From contig NZ_CP064924.1 of assembly GCF_018336915.1 (NCBI RefSeq), positions 277,760 to 309,759 of the forward strand: a stretch of DNA of 32,000 nt, given 5' to 3'. The translations under genes and the position numbers were made by a program. The DNA is from Acaryochloris marina S15 (lineage in GTDB: Bacteria > Cyanobacteriota > Cyanobacteriia > Thermosynechococcales > Thermosynechococcaceae). The notes under the pieces were generated by a model. That model did no database searches, was not told the origin of the DNA, and saw nothing but the letters and a program-made list of their open reading frames with translations. Below, piece by piece: positions 26,962 through 32,000 of this stretch (positions are counted from its first letter, which is position 1; each line of letters begins with the position of its first letter).

Positions 26962-28068
26962 ATGGAATATCTAGATTTGTTAGGTCGGAAGGATGTATTG
27001 ATGCCAGTGGCGACTGCAGGATATACTTACCCGGAGGTTAGTCAGTTCTTAGATATCCTGAAGCCACTGATTCGAGAACCTTCAGTGGTTGGTAACGAAG
27101 ACTCTTTTTTCCGGGTCTTGCGACGTGAATTAGAAGAAATCGGGATTGAGGTACAGCACTATCATGGCGTATTGGTTGCCCAGGGAAATCGACCCCATAG
27201 CTTATTCTTTCTGCCCATATCGATCGTCATGGACTCCTTTGTACTGGACCGAATGAGTTTCAATATGCAGCCTTCATTGCTGGAACCAGGGTGAGAACAT
27301 GGGAGACTCTGCATCCGAGCATTTACTTCACACCATTGAAGATCGCTTTCAAGGACAGCGGGTGCAGGCTCATTTTCCCTATACTGGCACCTATTTAGGC
27401 CAAGGCGAAATTACGCACTCCTACATTTGCCCAGAACGGAATAACCTGATTTTTGAAGTGGATGGACTGGATTTCTCCAGCCAGGAACGCCTGTTTCTTT
27501 TTTGGATCGGCTACAGATTGAAGATGGACTAATTTCGGCCCAACTGGATAACGTTGTCAGTGCTGCAATGTTGATCTATCTGTTCCGACAGGGGTTTCAA
27601 GGGACTGGGCTATTCACCGCCCAAGAGGAGACTGGACGCAGTTGGCGGTATACGTTGTCCTGGTTTCAACGACAGTGTCTGACCACCCAGCGACTGATAG
27701 TCCTCGATACCAGTCCCTATGCCACCCGTGAAGATGCAGATGCTCAGCAGATTACGTTGCGCCATAAAGATGCTAATGGCCCATTTTCCCCAACCATGAC
27801 TCAAGAATTAGTGAAGCGCTGTGAAGAGTTCGGGCTGTCCTATGGGTTTAAAGATGAATATATTGCGATCCAGAATGAGACTCGTGAAAAGCCCTATCCC
27901 CTGGGTCGGACTGAATTGGGACGAGTAGTTTCGGCAACTGATGGGGCGATTAATGGGACAACGCTGCAGATTCCGACGACGGAGTACCATACGGCGACTG
28001 AAACGGCATCCTTATCGGCGATCTCAGGTATGATTCAGCTACTCCTGAGCTATGTTGAGCCGGTTTGA
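26962..28068 (+). pseudogene. MH-clan metallopeptidase-like gene (M42/M20-like) broken by three frame changes
   Basis: Conceptual repair gives ...HSLFFSAHIDRHGLLCTGPNEFQYAAFIAGNQGENMGDSA...ERLFLFLDRLQIEDGLISAQLDNVVSAAMLIYLF...LFTAQEETG. Breaks are at T-run 27208-27210, AA 27284-27285 and T6 27498-27503. The HxD and QEE(x)G motifs are typical of the clan. Confidence 0.55.
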
Positions 28069-28267
28069 TGTGATTACGAATCCATAGACTGAGATAGAAA
28101 CTTAATAGCAAAACAGACTGAAAGCGTAAATAATCTGTAGCAATTTTATGAAACCTAGAAATTTGGTTCATTTGATTCTATAAATCATGAACGTGTTCAA
28201 AAAGCAAAACGTTTAGGCCGACACCCCTTCCGCCTAGCTCCAGTAAATGTCTAAGCTCCAAGAGGAT

Positions 28268-28998
28268 TTATTTAACCAAACCAGCTCGAAGGGCTCTAAC
28301 AGCTGCCTCTGTCCGATCGCTTGCACAGAGTTTACTTAAGATATTGCGAACGTGAGTTTTCACCGTACCCATACTCATAAATAGGGATTCTGAGATCGCA
28401 GTATTGCTATGTCCTCCCACAATTAGTTCAAGAACTTCTAGCTCTCTCTCCGTCAAGGGCGAAGTTTGAAGAAGTTGAGCTTTGTCAGGATCTAAACCAT
28501 GAATGGTGACAGCATCTAATTCACCTTTATAATTTGTGGTCGTAGTGCCTTCTAAATGCCCTTTGCGAGCCTGCTCAAGCACAATGCTGGCAATTGCAGG
28601 ATCGATCCATGAATGCCCTTCAGCAGTAGTACTCACGGCCTCAACCAATAGCTCAATATCAGTATCTTTTACACAGTAGGAATCTGCGCCAGCCGCAAAT
28701 GCAGCCAGTACTTCAACTTCCTGATGGTGCATTGTCAAAATAAGGACCTTGGTGGCTGCACCTTCACCCTCTGATTGCACTTTTCTAAATCGCTGAACTA
28801 GTTCAATGCCATCAAAATCAGGCAGTCCAATATCGACAATAGCGACATCTGGCTGTATGTCTTCTAGCAGCTTTAATCCCTCACTACCCGTAGCTGCTTC
28901 CCCTACAACTTCAAAATATCTTGCTCCTCCAATGCTCCCAGCAATCCCATTCTGGTAAGGGTATGGTCTTCAATAATTACGATGCGGATGATATTCAT
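28268..28998 (-). pseudogene. NarL/FixJ-type response regulator (receiver + LuxR HTH) with one frameshift
   Basis: MNIIRIVIIEDHTLTRMGLLGALEEQDI... then, after the T4 run (A4 at 28913-28916 on +), the -1 frame continues EVVGEAATGSEGLKLLEDIQPDVAIVDIGLPDFDG. C-terminus: LTERELEVLELIVGGHSNTAISESLFMSMGTVKTHVRNILSKL. The length of 731 nt is 3n-1. Confidence 0.8.
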
Positions 28999-29133
28999 GA
29001 ACCATTATGTCTATAGAGATTAGTCCAATAGGACGACGCGGATACTGAAGGTTGTCGGATACACTAGTGGAACTTTCATTCAGTATGCCACATCCCTTAG
29101 AGAATCAAGACTATAGCTTGCTGAGGCACCCCT

Positions 29134-30237
29134 ATGAACGTCACTTCTCCCTATCCAGTTGATCAACAAGTCCATATCTTAGTGGTTGATGATGCTTATG
29201 AAATCTTTGCTTTATTCAAGCCGTTCTAGAAACGGAGGGTTATCAGGTGAGCTTAGCCGAGAATGGCAAGTCGCCCTCGAACAGTTTCAAATGTCATTGC
29301 CTCATTTAGTCTTATCGGACGTCATGATGCCGGGAATGAATGGTACAGAGCTAACTCGACAGATTCGCAAGCAAAAGACTTGCCCTTATCCCGATATTGC
29401 TGATCACCGCCCAAGAGCAATCGGATGTAGTGGAAGGACTTGATGCAGGGCCGATGATTTCATTAAAAAACCCGTTGAGATTACGGAGTTGTTGGCTCGG
29501 GTTCGCTCCCTGTTGCGTCTGAAACATAGTATTGATGAGCGAGAACAAATGACAGTAATGAGGGAAGAGTTTGTCTATCGCCTTACTCATGATTTACGTA
29601 TTCCTCTCGTGGCTGCAGATCGGATGTTTACCTTAGTGGAGCGTGGGGAAATATGGAACCATCCCGGATCCTTGCCAGAAAGTGATTGCCACCATGAAAG
29701 ACAGCAATTCTGATCTGTTGCAAATGACCAATACATTACTTGAAATTTATAAATATGAAGCGGGCCAAAAAGCTTTAGCTTATACGACCTTCGATGTAAA
29801 ACAACTAACGGAGTCAGTGATTGAAGAACTGAGACCACTGGCTGAAGAGAAGGGACTTGAGTTAAAGATAGTGACCAAGTCCAACACCAATTTGAATCAT
29901 GATTTTCATCCTATCAGGTGCACGGTTAGAGCTAAGAAGAGTCATTACGAATCTCGTGGGTAATTCAATTAAATTTACCGATACAGGTTCCATCCAGATT
30001 CAATTGGAAAAACAAGACAATTCTCTAATAATGAGAGTGGAAGATACTGGCTGTGGCATCTCTCCTGACGAGCAGCCCATCGTTTTTGAACGGGAGTTCC
30101 AAGGTAATCATCGCTGTTCGGGAAATGGGTTGGGACTGAACCTAGTCCGTCAAATCGTCGCGGCCCATCAAGGTACGGTGGAGTTGCAATCTCAAGTGGG
30201 GAAAGGCAGCAGTTTTAAGGTCCGTATTCCTGCCTAA
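29134..30237 (+). pseudogene. Receiver-domain histidine kinase (REC + HisKA + HATPase_c) with at least seven frame changes
   Basis: Pieces lie in alternating frames: ILVVDD; AVLETEGYQVSLAENGK; VALEQFQMSLPHLVLSDVMMPGMNG; IPILLITAQEQSDVVEGLDAG; DDFIKKPVEITELLARVRSLLRLK...LTHDLRIPL (H-box); KVIATMKDSNSDLLQMTNTLLEIYKYEAG; NLVGNSIKFT, DTGCGI, GNGLGLNL. Confidence 0.8.
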
Positions 30238-31730
30238 TCAAACATCATCGTCATCTTCAGACTTGATGATATCGCCATCAAAAATTCCTTGAAGTCCCGT
30301 CAGGGGTGGACCCACTTCCACACCGTACTGTGTTATCTTCAGTTCCCTTAAGGTTTTTTCAAAATCACTTAACCGCTTTTTGATGACACCAATGCTCTTC
30401 GTATTCGACCTTGCCATCTTCATGACGATCGACATATCTCAGCAAGATTAGATTATCGGCTAGATAAGTGAAACTATCAGCAGTTCCTTTATCATCTTCA
30501 TCTAATAATGCCGTTCATTGATGAGGATTACTGCAACCCCCATATTGGCTAGATATTTACACAATGCATGTAGGTGAGATAGAAAATCTTCTCCTTGCAT
30601 GGAGAGGTTATAGCCCGAGATGCTATCAATCATGACAATACGTATATGATTCTCCTCAACCTCATGGCGAACAATACTGGAAAACTCATCGGGATGTATT
30701 GCAAGGGCTCAATTTTGACAATAGCTAAAGACCCTTCCTCCGTCATCACCCGTGCTGGGATTTTTAGCTTTTCTGAACGTCGAAGAATAATTCTACATCT
30801 TCTTCAAAAGTAAAGACGACAGACGTTCCATACGGCTTGCTGCTTCCTTCATGAACTGAAGACCAATAGTGGTTTTGCCTACCCCACTCGGCCCTCTAAA
30901 TAGCGTCACCATGCCTCGTTCAATGCCACCTCGGAGCATTTTGTCGAGGGCGGGAATGCCTGATGGGAGGGGTTCAGGTTGAAAATTACGTTTGTAAGCT
31001 TCAGGTAATAACTTGGGAAAGACAGACATGCCTTTGGGGCCAAGCCGCAGAGAGTGATTTCCTGCTTGAAATCCTGAGCTGCGGAATTTGGAGATGCCAA
31101 CAGTACGCCGTGTAGGTGTAATTCCCAAGTTAATCACCCCATCACTCATGAACTGCAGATCATAATCAGGTTCTTCTGGACTGCATTCTGATGTAAAAAC
31201 GACCGTTGCACCTTGGCCAAGAATAAAGCGGATAAACGCTAATACTTGCTTGCGAAACTGAAAGGTATCTGCAGTGATGTAGCGAAATTGCGTCATCGAA
31301 TCGACAAAGATTCGGTCTGGCTTCAACTTCGTCACTTGATCCACAATTTTCTGGGTGATCGGATCTTTTTTCCACTTCAGCAGGGCTAAAAAAATCGTAG
31401 GTTTGTGACTCCGTAAAAAAAGCTGAGTCAGGACTGAGATCCAGACAACTGACGGACTCTAGATCTAAGTCCATGTCAGATCCAGTTTCTAGGATTTGGT
31501 GACCCGGTTCACCAAAACAGATGAGCAGGGATGATTTCCCCTTGGGGCAGCTGGTGGGTTAAGTAGTGCAGTCCTAAAGTCGTTTTACCTGTCCCTGGCC
31601 CCCCGCGCACTAAATAAGCCCGATTAGCTATGAGTCCACCATTGAGAATTTCATCTAGGCCAGATATCCCTGTTGATAACCGCGTTTTACTAGTCTGTTT
31701 CTTCTTAGAACTTTGGTCACAGGACTACTC
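30238..31730 (-). pseudogene. Double-domain KaiC-like (RecA-superfamily) ATPase with many frame changes
   Basis: First domain: RLSTGISGLDEILNGGLIANRAYLVRGGPGTGKTTLG. Second domain: PSGIPALDKMLRGGIERGMVTLFRGPSGVGKTTIGLQF. Tail: IGVIKKRLSDFEKTLRELKITQYGVEVGPPL. The segments are spread over at least six frame-shifted pieces, and the start coordinate is approximate. Confidence 0.7.
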
Positions 31731-32000
31731 AAAATGTGTATTTGCGAGATGATGGCACTAGAGAAGTATAACGATTGAGAGGTCTATCACTCTATTCCTT
31801 AGTAACCAATAAATCATCTAGGACATCTTCCCAGTAAATCAATGGCTCGAATCTTATTGTTATTTGCTAGATCTTGCCAATAGTAAATTCGTTCAGAGAA
31901 GTTATCTGAACGGCATGAAGTTATCTCGGTATCATCTGAAGAGAAGCACTCGTCCCATGAATTACTGCAAGAGTTTCTTTTGATCTATGTATTGTTGATG

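Noticed and set aside
29351-29838. Minus-strand ORFs 29351..29590 and 29587..29838
   Set aside because: They are antisense to recognisable receiver and HisKA coding sequence of the frameshifted kinase.

Overview
The window looks like cyanobacterial accessory or plasmid-like DNA. Support: HIP1 GCGATCGC at 7106-7113 and 18662-18669; many pentapeptide, TPR and WD40 genes; a KaiC-like gene; a monocistronic GroEL paralogue.

Left end (0.3-4.0 kb): a secreted repeat protein, a Cys-rich protein, an SNase-type lipoprotein nuclease, and a ParA + ribbon-helix-helix partition cassette bracketed by arrays of 16-bp iterated repeats.

Centre (7.5-15.4 kb): a head-to-tail pair of giant NLR/STAND-like genes, the most interesting feature here. 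Gene A is N-domain + NB-ARC + 14 near-identical WD40 blades. Gene B is the same N-domain + TIR, followed by NB-ARC + 10 near-identical 42-aa TPR units. The shared ~185-aa N-domain carries a caspase/CHAT-like His...Cys signature. It is intact in the TIR gene, and His is replaced by Ser in the WD40 gene.

The TIR ORF and the NB-ARC-TPR ORF are separated only by a -1 frame change. It lies exactly at an A_AAA_AAG heptamer that is followed by a stop codon. Both repeat arrays have a 126-bp period, almost no synonymous drift, and variation confined to a few codons per unit.

Right of this: a DUF4351-like fragment, an intact Cache-HAMP-PAS hybrid histidine kinase, an orphan divergent groEL, and TPR genes (one frameshifted). 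Then an ISAs1-family IS with terminal inverted repeats, inserted into a decayed GGDEF gene. Last comes a run of multiply frameshifted genes: an M42-like peptidase, a LuxR-type response regulator, a receiver-histidine kinase and a double-domain KaiC-like ATPase.

Most frame breaks sit in short homopolymers. Assembly error versus genuine decay cannot be settled from the sequence alone.
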